A DNA stretch of 64,000 nucleotides from Candidatus Latescibacterota bacterium. GTDB lineage: Bacteria > Latescibacterota > UBA2968 > UBA8231. Positions 1 to 9,457 of this stretch are shown piece by piece; position 1 is the stretch's first letter, and each line of letters begins with the position of its first letter. A model generated the notes under the pieces. It did not search any database and was not told the DNA's origin. It saw only the letters and a program-made list of their open reading frames with translations. Location: positions 3,814-67,813 of the forward strand of contig SLHA01000132.1 in assembly GCA_007136405.1 (NCBI GenBank), read 5' to 3'. A program made the position numbers and the translations under genes.

Positions 1-1
1 G

Positions 2-679
2 GTGGACGGTCTGCTGGCTGCCGACGCGCCCGCCAACACCATCGTCGCCTGGAGCCTGAGCGGCGCCACCCAGTCGCGCCATCTCGAGCCCGGTACGGGT
101 ACCACTGAGGAACGCGTCGAAGCCGCCGTCCAGTGCCAACAGGCCGGAATCACGGTCCGATTCAAATTCAAGCCCATCATTCCGGTGCGCTCCTGGCGCC
201 GTGACGCGGAACAAGCGGTGGAACTGGCGCTCAGCCGCACTCGGCCGGACAACCTGAGCCTGACGGCGCTGATGTGGATGCAGGTGGAGCAGTTGGAATC
301 CTGTATCGATCCGTCAGTACTGGACCCGGAGTTCCTGCAGGCGGCGCGCGCCGCGGCCGCCGACCTCCGCGGCGTCCGCGTCGCTCCGTTTCCCCATGCA
401 TGCCGGGAACGCATCTACCGCCACTATCTGCAGGCCATTCGGCGTCACGATGCGAATGTGCCCGTGACCCTCTGCACCGAGAGTCTGGACATGTGGAAGA
501 GTCTGGGCGCCGAACTGGGCTATACCCCCGTCGATTATGTCTGCGGTTGCGGCGCCGGCGCCACACCGGGTCTGCGGCGGCTGCCGACCAGCCCCTGGAA
601 CGACGCGCGCCCTGCGGCGGAGGCAACGGGAGACGCGGTGTTTGTCCGGCAGGCCGAAGGCTACGTCATGCGCCGGTGA
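2..679 (+). CDS. Radical SAM protein, spore-photoproduct-lyase (SPL)-like family; C-terminal part only, 5' end lies outside the window
   Basis: The ORF is open from the window edge. The segment EPGTGTTEERVEAAVQCQQAGITVRFKFKPIIPVRSW has the pattern E.GT....R..AA.....G....F.PI....W that I recall from SplB-like enzymes. The CxxxCxxC cluster would lie upstream of the window. Confidence 0.5.
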   Translation: MDGLLAADAPANTIVAWSLSGATQSRHLEPGTGTTEERVEAAVQCQQAGITVRFKFKPIIPVRSWRRDAEQAVELALSRTRPDNLSLTALMWMQVEQLESCIDPSVLDPEFLQAARAAAADLRGVRVAPFPHACRERIYRHYLQAIRRHDANVPVTLCTESLDMWKSLGAELGYTPVDYVCGCGAGATPGLRRLPTSPWNDARPAAEATGDAVFVRQAEGYVMRR

Positions 680-702
680 TCCGGGCCCGCGCCCTCACCG
701 CT

Positions 703-810
703 GGCAGCGCTACAGACAGGGCGCGATGCGCACAGGAGTCTGCCGTGACAGGCCGCACCACCGCGGGACAGTCATCGCCGGCGGCGCCACAGACAGGGCG
801 CGGTGCGCAC
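703..810 (+). repeat. Two copies of a 31-nt imperfect direct repeat (28/31 identical), starts 77 nt apart, in the spacer upstream of the sulfatase gene
   Basis: 703-733 reads ggcagcgctacagacagggcgcgatgcgcac. 780-810 reads ggcggcgccacagacagggcgcggtgcgcac. A shorter motif, ccccacggcgcg, recurs at 825-836 and 885-896. Confidence 0.9.
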
Positions 811-999
811 GCGCCAGTAACACGCCCCACGGCGCGTTGCCGCCAGGGCCCAACGCGCGGCTCCACGGCGTCGGCCTGGACGGCCCCCACGGCGCGGCCG
901 CGGCCGCAACTCAGCGCCTGCCGCCACCCGGTGCCAGCCGCAGCCCAGCATCACCCGCAACCTCTGGCAACCCAGACCCAGAGAGGAATCGGAGCTACC

Positions 1000-2343
1000 A
1001 TGGCGCAGCAACCCAACATCGTCGCCGTGTTCGCCGACCAGTGGCGGGCCCAGGATACCGGCTATGCCGGCAATCCTGACGTCGCCACTCCGCATCTCGA
1101 TCAACTGGCCGGAGAAAGCGTCAACTTCACCCACGCCGTCTCCGGTTGTCCGGTGTGCTCGCCGGCCCGGGCTTCGCTGCTTACAGGCCAATATCCGCTG
1201 ACCCACGGCGTCATCGTCAACGACGTGCATCTGCGGCAAAGCCCGGATTCCATGGCGCGGCTGTTCGCCGCAGCCGATTACGACACGGCCTATATCGGCA
1301 AATGGCACGTGGACGGTCACGGCCGTTCCAACTACATCCCGCCCGAACGCCGCCAGGGTTTCGACTACTGGAAGGTGCTCGAGTGTACGCACGACTACAA
1401 CCACTCGCCGTACTATGCCGGGGATTCGGACCGGAAGCTCTTCTGGGATGGGTACGACGCCATCGCCCAGACCCGCGACGCCCGCACCTACCTGCAGCAG
1501 CGGGACAGCGACCGCCCCTTCCTGCTCGTCCTGTCCTGGGGGCCGCCACACGCTCCCTACCAGACCGCACCGGCGGAATACCGGGCCGCCTACCGGCCCG
1601 AAGACCTCACGCTGCGCCCCAACGTGCCGCCGCACTGGCAGCAGCAGGCACGCCGGGATCTGGCCGGTTACTATGCCCACTGCACCGCGCTGGACGCCTG
1701 TGTTGGCGAATTGCGCGCCACGCTCCGTGAACAGGCGTTGGCCGACAACACCATCTTCCTGTTCTTCTCCGATCACGGCGACATGCTGGGATCGCAGGGC
1801 ATGGACAAGAAACAGAAGCCGTGGGAAGAATCGCTGCGCATCCCCTTCCTGCTGCACTGGCCGCAGCTAAGTTGGCTGTCGCGCCAGGTTGATGCCCTGA
1901 TCGACATGCCGGATATTCTGCCCACCCTGCTAGGCCTGTGCGGCCTGCCCGTGCCGGAGAGCGTGGAAGGACTGGACTTCTCCGGCCTGCTGCGTGGCGG
2001 CCCGGATCCTTCGGACGGTGCCGCCCTGCTGTCCTGCCCGCATCCTTTCGGGCAGTGGTGGGTGGGCCGGGGCGGGCGCGCGTACCGCGGATTGCGCACC
2101 CGCCGGTACACGTACGCACGGGCGCTGGAAGGGCCCTGGCTGCTGTACGACAACGATGCGGATCCCTGTCAACAGGACAACCTGGTCGGCCGCGCCGGTT
2201 ATGACGAACTGCTGCACGAAATGGACAGCTGGCTGCAGCGCCGGCTGGAAGCCGCCGGTGACGCCTTTCTGCCGAGCACGCACTATATTCGACACTGGGG
2301 TTACAACGCGGATGCCAGGGGTACGGTGCCATACACGGATTGA
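1000..2343 (+). CDS. Sulfatase (Cys-type, formylglycine-dependent arylsulfatase family)
   Basis: ATG at 1000 within the longer track ORF 274..2343. Sulfatase signature C-S-P-A-R-A-S-L-L-T-G (CxPxRxxxxTG). The part of the ORF upstream of 1000 is Arg/Pro/Ala-rich and not protein-like. Confidence 0.85.
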   Translation: MAQQPNIVAVFADQWRAQDTGYAGNPDVATPHLDQLAGESVNFTHAVSGCPVCSPARASLLTGQYPLTHGVIVNDVHLRQSPDSMARLFAAADYDTAYIGKWHVDGHGRSNYIPPERRQGFDYWKVLECTHDYNHSPYYAGDSDRKLFWDGYDAIAQTRDARTYLQQRDSDRPFLLVLSWGPPHAPYQTAPAEYRAAYRPEDLTLRPNVPPHWQQQARRDLAGYYAHCTALDACVGELRATLREQALADNTIFLFFSDHGDMLGSQGMDKKQKPWEESLRIPFLLHWPQLSWLSRQVDALIDMPDILPTLLGLCGLPVPESVEGLDFSGLLRGGPDPSDGAALLSCPHPFGQWWVGRGGRAYRGLRTRRYTYARALEGPWLLYDNDADPCQQDNLVGRAGYDELLHEMDSWLQRRLEAAGDAFLPSTHYIRHWGYNADARGTVPYTD

Positions 2344-2436
2344 CACGCCTGCGACGATCCATGTTTACTCACCGACGCTGACCGTTGATATTTCGGTTCA
2401 TGGAGTGCGCACCGCGGAAAGGACAAACGCATCGTC

Positions 2437-3582
2437 ATGGACACCGCCCATCTAGGCCCGGGAGCGCGCCTGGCGCTGGACACCATTCTGCAGGAACCCA
2501 CCACCGGAATCCCCAGTTGGATGCTGCATATCATGGAGCATGACGCCATCGAACGGCTGGCCGGCGCCTCGGCCGGAGCGTATCGCGCCGATCCTGACGG
2601 AGTCTATCTGACCATGCAGCGATGTCTGGGCACTTGCCTGCTGGACCAGTATCTGGCCCATAATCCGCTGTCCATGGGTTCGGAAGGCTACGAGGGCGGT
2701 CCGCGGGGCGCCACCACCGGCATCGAGCGAATCGTCCTGGACGGCATGCCCATCGACTCGCCGGAAGCCGTGGTGGAGCATATGGAAAAGCACGTCTTTC
2801 CGTCGCTGCGGCAGGCCGCGGCAGCCTTCGACGAAGACAGCCGCACCGCGGAGATCCTGGCGTCCGAAGAGCGTCTGCAGACCATGCTGGGCCCGTCCAT
2901 GCTGAAAAGCGGTCACGGTTTCGTCCGGCTGCCAGGGCTGGCGTACGGCAGTTACGGCTACCAGCACTACTTCGCCGCTTACGCGCTGTATCCGGACGTC
3001 ATGGAAAAGCACTTTTCCCTGCAGGCGGACGTGGCGCTGCGCAACAACCGGGCCGCTGCCCGGGCGTATGCCACCGGCGGGTTGGCGCCGTTGTACCGGC
3101 TGGACCACGACATGGCCGACTCGCGCGGTACGCTGGTGCGTCCCGAATCCCTGGACCGGATCTGGTTCCCCCACCTTGCGCGCTGCCTGGAACCACTGGT
3201 GCGGGCTGATGTGCGTTTGATCTGGCACTGCGACGGCAACCTGATGGCCATGGTACCGCGGCTGCTGGAGTGCGGTCTCCGCGGTTTTCAGGGATTCCAG
3301 TATGAAGACGGTATGGATTACGAACGCATCTGCCGCATGCGGGACAGCGACGGACGCAGCCTCATCATCATCGCCGGAGCCTCGGTTACCCGCACGCTGC
3401 CCTTCGGCCGCCCGGTCGACGTCCGGCGCGAGCTGGAATGGCTGGTCCGCTGCGGACCAGCCACCGGGTTGTTCCTGGGAGGGAGCAGTTCCATCATTCC
3501 GGGCACGCCGTACCGAAACCTGGAAACGTTGGCTGAAGGGCTGGCCTATTTTCGCACCCATGGCCGCAGCGGTGCAAACTGA
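2437..3582 (+). CDS. Uroporphyrinogen-decarboxylase (URO-D) fold protein, MtaA/CmuA-like family; function unknown
   Basis: 381 aa. The C-terminal half (IWHCDGNLMAMVPRLLECGLRGFQGFQ...GGSSSIIPGTPYRNLETL) matches the URO-D-like TIM-barrel layout. GGAAAGGA lies upstream of the ATG. Confidence 0.7.
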   Translation: MDTAHLGPGARLALDTILQEPTTGIPSWMLHIMEHDAIERLAGASAGAYRADPDGVYLTMQRCLGTCLLDQYLAHNPLSMGSEGYEGGPRGATTGIERIVLDGMPIDSPEAVVEHMEKHVFPSLRQAAAAFDEDSRTAEILASEERLQTMLGPSMLKSGHGFVRLPGLAYGSYGYQHYFAAYALYPDVMEKHFSLQADVALRNNRAAARAYATGGLAPLYRLDHDMADSRGTLVRPESLDRIWFPHLARCLEPLVRADVRLIWHCDGNLMAMVPRLLECGLRGFQGFQYEDGMDYERICRMRDSDGRSLIIIAGASVTRTLPFGRPVDVRRELEWLVRCGPATGLFLGGSSSIIPGTPYRNLETLAEGLAYFRTHGRSGAN

Positions 3583-3699
3583 TCCACCTTGAGCGCCACC
3601 GGATGGTGCGACTGGACAAGCAGGGACACAACCATGGCCGCACCGCGTCAACCCGAGTACCCCTGACCGCAATGACTCACAGCAGACAGAGGTTCGATC

Positions 3700-6090
3700 A
3701 TGGCCGTACCCTCCAGTAACCCAGACACCCAGACCGGTACCACGGCCGTACTTAGCCCCTGCGCACCCCCCATCCAGGCTCTGCGCGCCGACGTCATGGC
3801 TCGTGGCGGATCGTTCATCGCGGCCATGAATCCGTGTACCCGCGACGTCGCCTTGTGGCGGGCCCTGGGCGAACGGCGTTCCCGCGTGCAAGTACGCGCC
3901 AGGCTGTTGCGCGAACTGGTGGCCCTGGCGCCGGTATCCATCGGTTCCGGCTGGACCCTGGCCGGCGAACACCTGGCGCCCTCCGTCGACGGTTTCGGCT
4001 TCGCGCTGCAGCAGTCACCCGCCCAGCGCCACACCGGCGAACTGGAGGCGCTGGGTGTATCGTCCGGCGACATGGTCGCGGTGCAGCATGCCGTTCGCGT
4101 CTGGACCGGCTCCGGAGAACCGTTCACCGAGACCGGCGCTGTCGATCCGGACCTGGCCGCCGGTCACGGACAATGGACCGGCCAGGCGCCAACGCACACG
4201 GTGTACTGGGCCCGTGGCTGGATGGAGAATCACTCGGTCCGGGACTACGCCAAGGTGCTGCGTCAAGGATATGCCGGTATCCGTACCGAAGTGGAGGCCC
4301 ATCTGGCCACGGCGGATATCACCGCGCCGGATTACCCTCAACGCGAAAATTTCTGGCATGCCGCGTTGGACGTGTGCGATGCCGGCATCCTGCTGGGCCG
4401 CAGGTACGCCGCAGCGGCCCGGCACCTGGCCGACCGGGCCGACAGCGACGCCGAGTACCAGCGGCTGCAGCGGCTGGCCGTCCTCTGCGAACGGGTTCCG
4501 GCCCACGGCGCCCGCACCCTGGAGGAAGCCGTCCAGAGCCTGTGGCTGGCTCACATCCTGACTTGCGGTGAAGATGGCATCAACGCCAACTCGATCGGCC
4601 GCCTGGACCAGATACTGTTCCCGTATTACACCGCTGACCGGTCAGCCGGTCGCATGGATCGACGCCAGACGGGCGCGCTCATGCAGGAGCTGGCGTGCAA
4701 ACTCTATCTCGACTACGACGTCCAGGCCATCGTGCTGGGCGGCCTGGACCGGAATGGTCACGACGCGGTCAACGATCTCAGCTACATCATCCTGGAAGCC
4801 ACGCGAGACGTGGACTTCGTGCGCGATGTATCGCTACGCCTGCACCGGCACACCCCGGCGGACTTCCTGCAGCTGGGCGCCGAAATGATCGCCCGCGGCG
4901 GCGGCATTCCCTTCCTGTTCAACGACGAGTGCTTCGTGCCGGCCCTGGTGGATCATGGTATCGCCCGGGAAGATGCCCGCGATTACGCGCCCATCGGCTG
5001 CATCGAGCTGACCGTGCCGGGCAAGGCCAATCCCCACGCCGTGTCAGGATGGTTCAACGGTCTCAAGTGTCTGGAGCTGGCCCTGTTCGGGGGAAAGGAC
5101 CCGCAGAGCGGGCAGCCGCTGGGACCGGCCACGCCGCCGCTGCCGGCCATGGCTTCGTTCGACGCGTTGCTGGAGGCCTACAGGCAACAAGTCGAGTATT
5201 TCGCCGCGCGCATGGTCTACCAGTGCAACCGCGGCGAACTGGAGCAGCGCGAACGGGGACCGCTGCCGTGCTGGTCGACGCTGACCGATGCGTGCATCGA
5301 ACGCGGACGGGACATCACCAACGGCGGGCCGGTGTACAACTACCATTCGATCTGTTTCCTGGGTACCGCCAACCTGGCGGACGCGCTCGCCGCGGTCCGG
5401 CATCTGGTCTTCGATACCGGCAAGCTGACCCCGGAGCGACTGCTGGACGCCTTGCGCGCCGATTTCGCTCATGATGAGGACGTGCGACATGAGGACGTGC
5501 GGCAGATGCTGCTGCACCAGGCGCCCAAGTATGGCAACGACGATGCCTCCGTGGATGCGCTGGGGCGCCTGGTGAGCGAGCATTTCATCGGCATCATGGA
5601 TCGCATGCGCAGCCCTCTGGGCGGTCGCTACCATGTTCACCTGTTCTCGTTCCATGTCAACCTGGCCTTCGGCAAGGCGGTGGGTGCCACCCCGGACGGC
5701 CGCCGCGCCGGCGCCCCCCTGGCCTACTCGCTGTCGGCCCATCAGGGCCGTGACGTGAACGGAATCACGGCTTTGCTCAACACCCTGGCCCGCATGCCGC
5801 ATGCCCGCGCTGCAGGGGCCACGGCAGCCATCGTCGAGCTGGATCCGCAGGTCGTGGCCGGCCCCGAGGGGGTGGTCCGGCTGGTCCAGCTCATCCGCGG
5901 CGCCATCGACATGGGCGTCGGCCAGTTACAGTGGAACGTCACGACGAAGGAACGCCTGCAGCAGGCGCAGGCGGATCCCGAACGCTACGGCAACATCGCC
6001 GTGCGCGTGGCTGGCTACTCGCAGATGTTCAGACTGCTGGGCCGCGAATTGCAGGATCACATCATCGCCCGCACGAAGCACCAGGCCTGA
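3700..6090 (+). CDS. Glycyl radical enzyme (pyruvate formate-lyase-like superfamily); substrate unknown
   Basis: 796 aa. C-terminal glycyl-radical fingerprint RVAGYS about 25 aa from the end. Mid-protein thiyl loop APIGCIELT, with Cys and a Glu two residues after it. Length is typical of GREs. Confidence 0.9.
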   Translation: MAVPSSNPDTQTGTTAVLSPCAPPIQALRADVMARGGSFIAAMNPCTRDVALWRALGERRSRVQVRARLLRELVALAPVSIGSGWTLAGEHLAPSVDGFGFALQQSPAQRHTGELEALGVSSGDMVAVQHAVRVWTGSGEPFTETGAVDPDLAAGHGQWTGQAPTHTVYWARGWMENHSVRDYAKVLRQGYAGIRTEVEAHLATADITAPDYPQRENFWHAALDVCDAGILLGRRYAAAARHLADRADSDAEYQRLQRLAVLCERVPAHGARTLEEAVQSLWLAHILTCGEDGINANSIGRLDQILFPYYTADRSAGRMDRRQTGALMQELACKLYLDYDVQAIVLGGLDRNGHDAVNDLSYIILEATRDVDFVRDVSLRLHRHTPADFLQLGAEMIARGGGIPFLFNDECFVPALVDHGIAREDARDYAPIGCIELTVPGKANPHAVSGWFNGLKCLELALFGGKDPQSGQPLGPATPPLPAMASFDALLEAYRQQVEYFAARMVYQCNRGELEQRERGPLPCWSTLTDACIERGRDITNGGPVYNYHSICFLGTANLADALAAVRHLVFDTGKLTPERLLDALRADFAHDEDVRHEDVRQMLLHQAPKYGNDDASVDALGRLVSEHFIGIMDRMRSPLGGRYHVHLFSFHVNLAFGKAVGATPDGRRAGAPLAYSLSAHQGRDVNGITALLNTLARMPHARAAGATAAIVELDPQVVAGPEGVVRLVQLIRGAIDMGVGQLQWNVTTKERLQQAQADPERYGNIAVRVAGYSQMFRLLGRELQDHIIARTKHQA

Positions 6091-6308
6091 GGCGGCCCGA
6101 ACCACGCCACGGCGGCGTCCCAGACGGCCGCCCCGGGGTTGCCCGGCAGCCGCGTGCGCCGCATTCGGACGGCCGCCGGCTGGCATGGCCTGGCGCCGGA
6201 ATCGGACAGACTCGGGTCCGCTGCAACCGCCGCGACAGCGGGCCATCCACCTGCTGAAGGTACTGTGCATATTCGGCACCCCCGTCCACCATCTCAAGGA
6301 GCCCATCG

Positions 6309-9269
6309 ATGCAACAGCATCCACACCATACCCGCCGGCGCATCCAGCAACTAGTGGAACGCCTGCGCTCCAGAATCTATCGGGAAGTGATCGATGTCGA
6401 AGACCTGCATATCAGTCCCCCCGTGGATCGGCTGACCTACGAGCAGGCCCAGGATCTGCAGTACGAACCGGTGCGACCCGGGCGGCAGCTGGGTCCCATG
6501 TGGACGACCTTCTGGTTCCGGGGATCGAGCCGCGTACCGGATGCCTGGCAGCAAGGTCAGGTCGACTTCATCTGGAAAACCCACAGCGAAGCCACCCTGT
6601 GGATCGGCGGGCGCAGCATCGGCGGCCTCAATCCGGGACGGGACGAGGTGCCCCTCAATGCGGAAATGCTGGCGTCGGGCTGCGTCGAATTCCAGGTGGA
6701 GGTGGCGTGCAACGGTTTGTTCGGATCCGTCGGCAGGACGTACGACACGGTCGAACCGTTCGTTCTGGACCGTTGCGCCATCGGGCTGTTCGATCCCGCC
6801 GCCTGGAATCTATACTACGACCTGCTGGTGCTTTCCGAACTGGAGCGCCAGGAAGACCTGGAAGCGGACTGGCGCGGCCACCTTTTGGGCGGGCTCAATC
6901 AGGTCGCCAATGGGCTGGACGAGACCGACCCGGCCACCTGGCCCGCGGCACAGACGCTGGCCAGCGAGTTGCTGGCCCATGGCAACGGCGCCTTCCGGCA
7001 TGAACTCAGCGCGGTCGGCCATGCCCACATCGATACGGCCTGGCTGTGGCCCATCGAGGAAACCTGGCGCAAGTGCACCCGCACCTTCAGCACCGCGACG
7101 CTATACATGGACCGCTATCCGGAATACCGGTTCGCCTGCCCGCAGGCGGCGCAATACGCCGCCATCAAGGAACGCAATCCGGACCTGTATCGCCGCATCA
7201 AGGCCAAGTTCGATACGGGCCAGTGGATACCGGTGGGCGGCACCTGGGTGGAACCGGACTGCAATATCCCCTCCGGCGAGTCCCTCTGTCGTCAGTTCCT
7301 GTACGGACAGCGGCTGTTCGAACAGGAATTCGGCCGGCGCTGCCGCGAGTTCTGGAATCCGGATGTATTCGGGTACAACGGCCAGCTGCCGCAGATCCTG
7401 CGCCAGGCCGGCGTGGACCGCTTCCTCACCCAGAAGCTGTCCTGGAATGCCTTCAACAAGCCACGGCACCAGACGTTCACCTGGGAAGGCATCGACGGAT
7501 CGCAGGTACTGACCCATTTCCCACCCGCCAACACCTATAATTCCACCGCCAGTGTGGAGGAACTGCGCCGCCTGGTACGCGAGTACAGGGACAATGACCG
7601 CAGCAGCCAGAGTTACCTGCTGTTCGGCGTGGGAGACGGCGGTGGCGGCCCCACCCGGGACATGTTGGAACGCCTGCGCCGCGCCCGCGACCTGCAGGGT
7701 CTGCCGCGCACGGAAATCCGCGACGCCGACACCTTCTTTTTGCGCCTGGAAGCGGACTGCAAGGACCTGCCGCGCATGGTCGGCGAGTTGTATTTCGAGC
7801 TCCATCGCGGCACGTACACCACCCAGGCGGCCACCAAGAGAGGCAACCGCAAGGCCGAAATCCTGCTGCACGATGTCGAATTTCTCAGCGTGCTGGCCCA
7901 CCGGCTGAAAGACGTCGCCTATCCGCAGGAGGAAATCGGCGCCCTCTGGCGTTTGCTGCTGACCAACCAGTTTCACGACATCCTGCCCGGCTCGTCCATC
8001 ACCCAGGTCTACCAGGATACGGCCCGCGACTACGCTGACATCCAGGCCAGAGGATCCGCCCTGCAAAGCGCGGCCCTGACGGCACTCAGTGACGGAGAAG
8101 AGGCTGAACTGCGTCCGCTCAACACCACCAGCGCCGACCGCTGCGAGGTGGCCTCGTTGCCGGACGGTGCACTGAGATATATCAGTGCGCCGGCGTTCGG
8201 CATGGGTGAAGTGATCAAGGCACCGCGGCCAGTCACCATCCAGCGACAGCAGGACGACATCATCCTGGAAAACGGCCGCCTGCGCGCTGTGCTGCGGGCG
8301 GACGGTTCGCTGTCCAGCCTGATCGACCAGCAGACAGGACGAGAGAGCCTGGCGGCACCGGGGAATCAGCTGCTGATCTACGACGACCATCCCACCGCCT
8401 GGGATGCCTGGGATATCGATCTGTTCGCCCTGGAAACAGCCTCCGCGGTCGAACCGGCTCACTCCTGCGCAGTGGTCACGGACAACAGCATGAGGGCCGA
8501 AGTGGAGTTCAGCCGCCGCATCGGCGCCGCCAGCAGCATGACCCAGCGCGTCCGTCTGGACGCCGGTTCGGGCCGCCTGGAGTTTCACACCCGGGTCGAC
8601 TGGCACGAGAACAACAAAATGCTCAAGGTGGCGTTCCCGGTTGACGTCCGTGCCATGAACGCTACGTACGAGATGCAGTTCGGTCACGTGGAGCGACCGA
8701 CGCACTACAACAGCAGTGTCGACCTGGCGCGTTTCGAGGTGCCCGGGCACCGCTGGGTGGACCTGTCCGAGCACGGCTTCGGTGTATCTCTACTCACCGA
8801 CTGCAAATACGGGTACCACACCCTGGGCAACACCATGCACATCACCTTGCTGCGCTCGCCCAAATCCCCCGATCCGGAGGCGGACATGGGGCAGCACGAG
8901 TTCGCCTACGCGATCTTCCCCCATGCCGGCACCTGGCAGGACGCCGGGCTGGTGGCCGAGGCCACGCATTTCAACTTTCCCGTCGCCTGGGTGCGCTCTA
9001 ATTCGCCGCCCCACAGTCTGTTTGCCGTGGACGATAGCAACCTGGTGCTGGACACCGTCAAGCTGGCCGAAGACGGTGACGCCCTTGTCCTGCGGCTGTA
9101 CGAGGCCCATGGCGCCCGCGGCGTAGCACGGTTGACGGTCGGCCTGCCGGCCAGCCGCGCGGTCCGGTGCAATACGCTGGAGGATCCCGGCGAACCGCTG
9201 CCGTTCGACCAGGGCGTGGTGGAGCTGCCGTACCGGCCGCACCAGTTGATCAGCGTGTTGTTGAGCTGA
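6309..9269 (+). CDS. Alpha-mannosidase, glycoside hydrolase family 38
   Basis: 986 aa. Motifs GHAHIDTAWLWP and NQFHDILPGSSI are typical of GH38. AAGGAG lies 7 nt upstream of the ATG. No signal peptide is evident. Confidence 0.9.
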   Translation: MQQHPHHTRRRIQQLVERLRSRIYREVIDVEDLHISPPVDRLTYEQAQDLQYEPVRPGRQLGPMWTTFWFRGSSRVPDAWQQGQVDFIWKTHSEATLWIGGRSIGGLNPGRDEVPLNAEMLASGCVEFQVEVACNGLFGSVGRTYDTVEPFVLDRCAIGLFDPAAWNLYYDLLVLSELERQEDLEADWRGHLLGGLNQVANGLDETDPATWPAAQTLASELLAHGNGAFRHELSAVGHAHIDTAWLWPIEETWRKCTRTFSTATLYMDRYPEYRFACPQAAQYAAIKERNPDLYRRIKAKFDTGQWIPVGGTWVEPDCNIPSGESLCRQFLYGQRLFEQEFGRRCREFWNPDVFGYNGQLPQILRQAGVDRFLTQKLSWNAFNKPRHQTFTWEGIDGSQVLTHFPPANTYNSTASVEELRRLVREYRDNDRSSQSYLLFGVGDGGGGPTRDMLERLRRARDLQGLPRTEIRDADTFFLRLEADCKDLPRMVGELYFELHRGTYTTQAATKRGNRKAEILLHDVEFLSVLAHRLKDVAYPQEEIGALWRLLLTNQFHDILPGSSITQVYQDTARDYADIQARGSALQSAALTALSDGEEAELRPLNTTSADRCEVASLPDGALRYISAPAFGMGEVIKAPRPVTIQRQQDDIILENGRLRAVLRADGSLSSLIDQQTGRESLAAPGNQLLIYDDHPTAWDAWDIDLFALETASAVEPAHSCAVVTDNSMRAEVEFSRRIGAASSMTQRVRLDAGSGRLEFHTRVDWHENNKMLKVAFPVDVRAMNATYEMQFGHVERPTHYNSSVDLARFEVPGHRWVDLSEHGFGVSLLTDCKYGYHTLGNTMHITLLRSPKSPDPEADMGQHEFAYAIFPHAGTWQDAGLVAEATHFNFPVAWVRSNSPPHSLFAVDDSNLVLDTVKLAEDGDALVLRLYEAHGARGVARLTVGLPASRAVRCNTLEDPGEPLPFDQGVVELPYRPHQLISVLLS

Positions 9270-9457
9270 GCGGGAGAGCACGGCGATACGCGCCGGCAAA
9301 GGAGCGGCCCGGTGCGGCACCTTCATGGTTCCGCGCCGGGCCGACGGTTCAACCCCGGTCATTTCTGATGTTCCGACACGACACTCCAGCCATGGCGGCC
9401 ATGCGGCCAAATCGCTCGGTGCAGTGAAAGGCGATCCGGCCGGAACGTTGCTGCAGC

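Noticed and set aside
274-999. N-terminal extensions offered by the ORF track. Examples: sulfatase from 274, cysS to 26169, amidohydrolase to 36832, cbiM to 17434, rcnA-like to 15035, etfB to 45727, GT4 from 52814
   Set aside because: The extended parts are Arg/Pro/Ala-rich, overlap the upstream genes, and precede internal start codons that have SD-like sequences and canonical family N-termini (for example [25 protein letters not shown]).
2452-3972. 506-aa minus-strand ORF overlapping the URO-D-fold gene and the GRE 5' end
   Set aside because: The translation is Gly/Arg/Ala/Pro-rich with no recognisable motif. It lies antisense to two ORFs with clear family signatures, which is the typical high-GC shadow ORF. 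The same reasoning applies to 772..1857(-), 7101..8774(-), 10320..11681(+), 19500..21461(+), 31971..34196(+), 44825..46615(+), 51000..52535(+) and 54107..54997(-).
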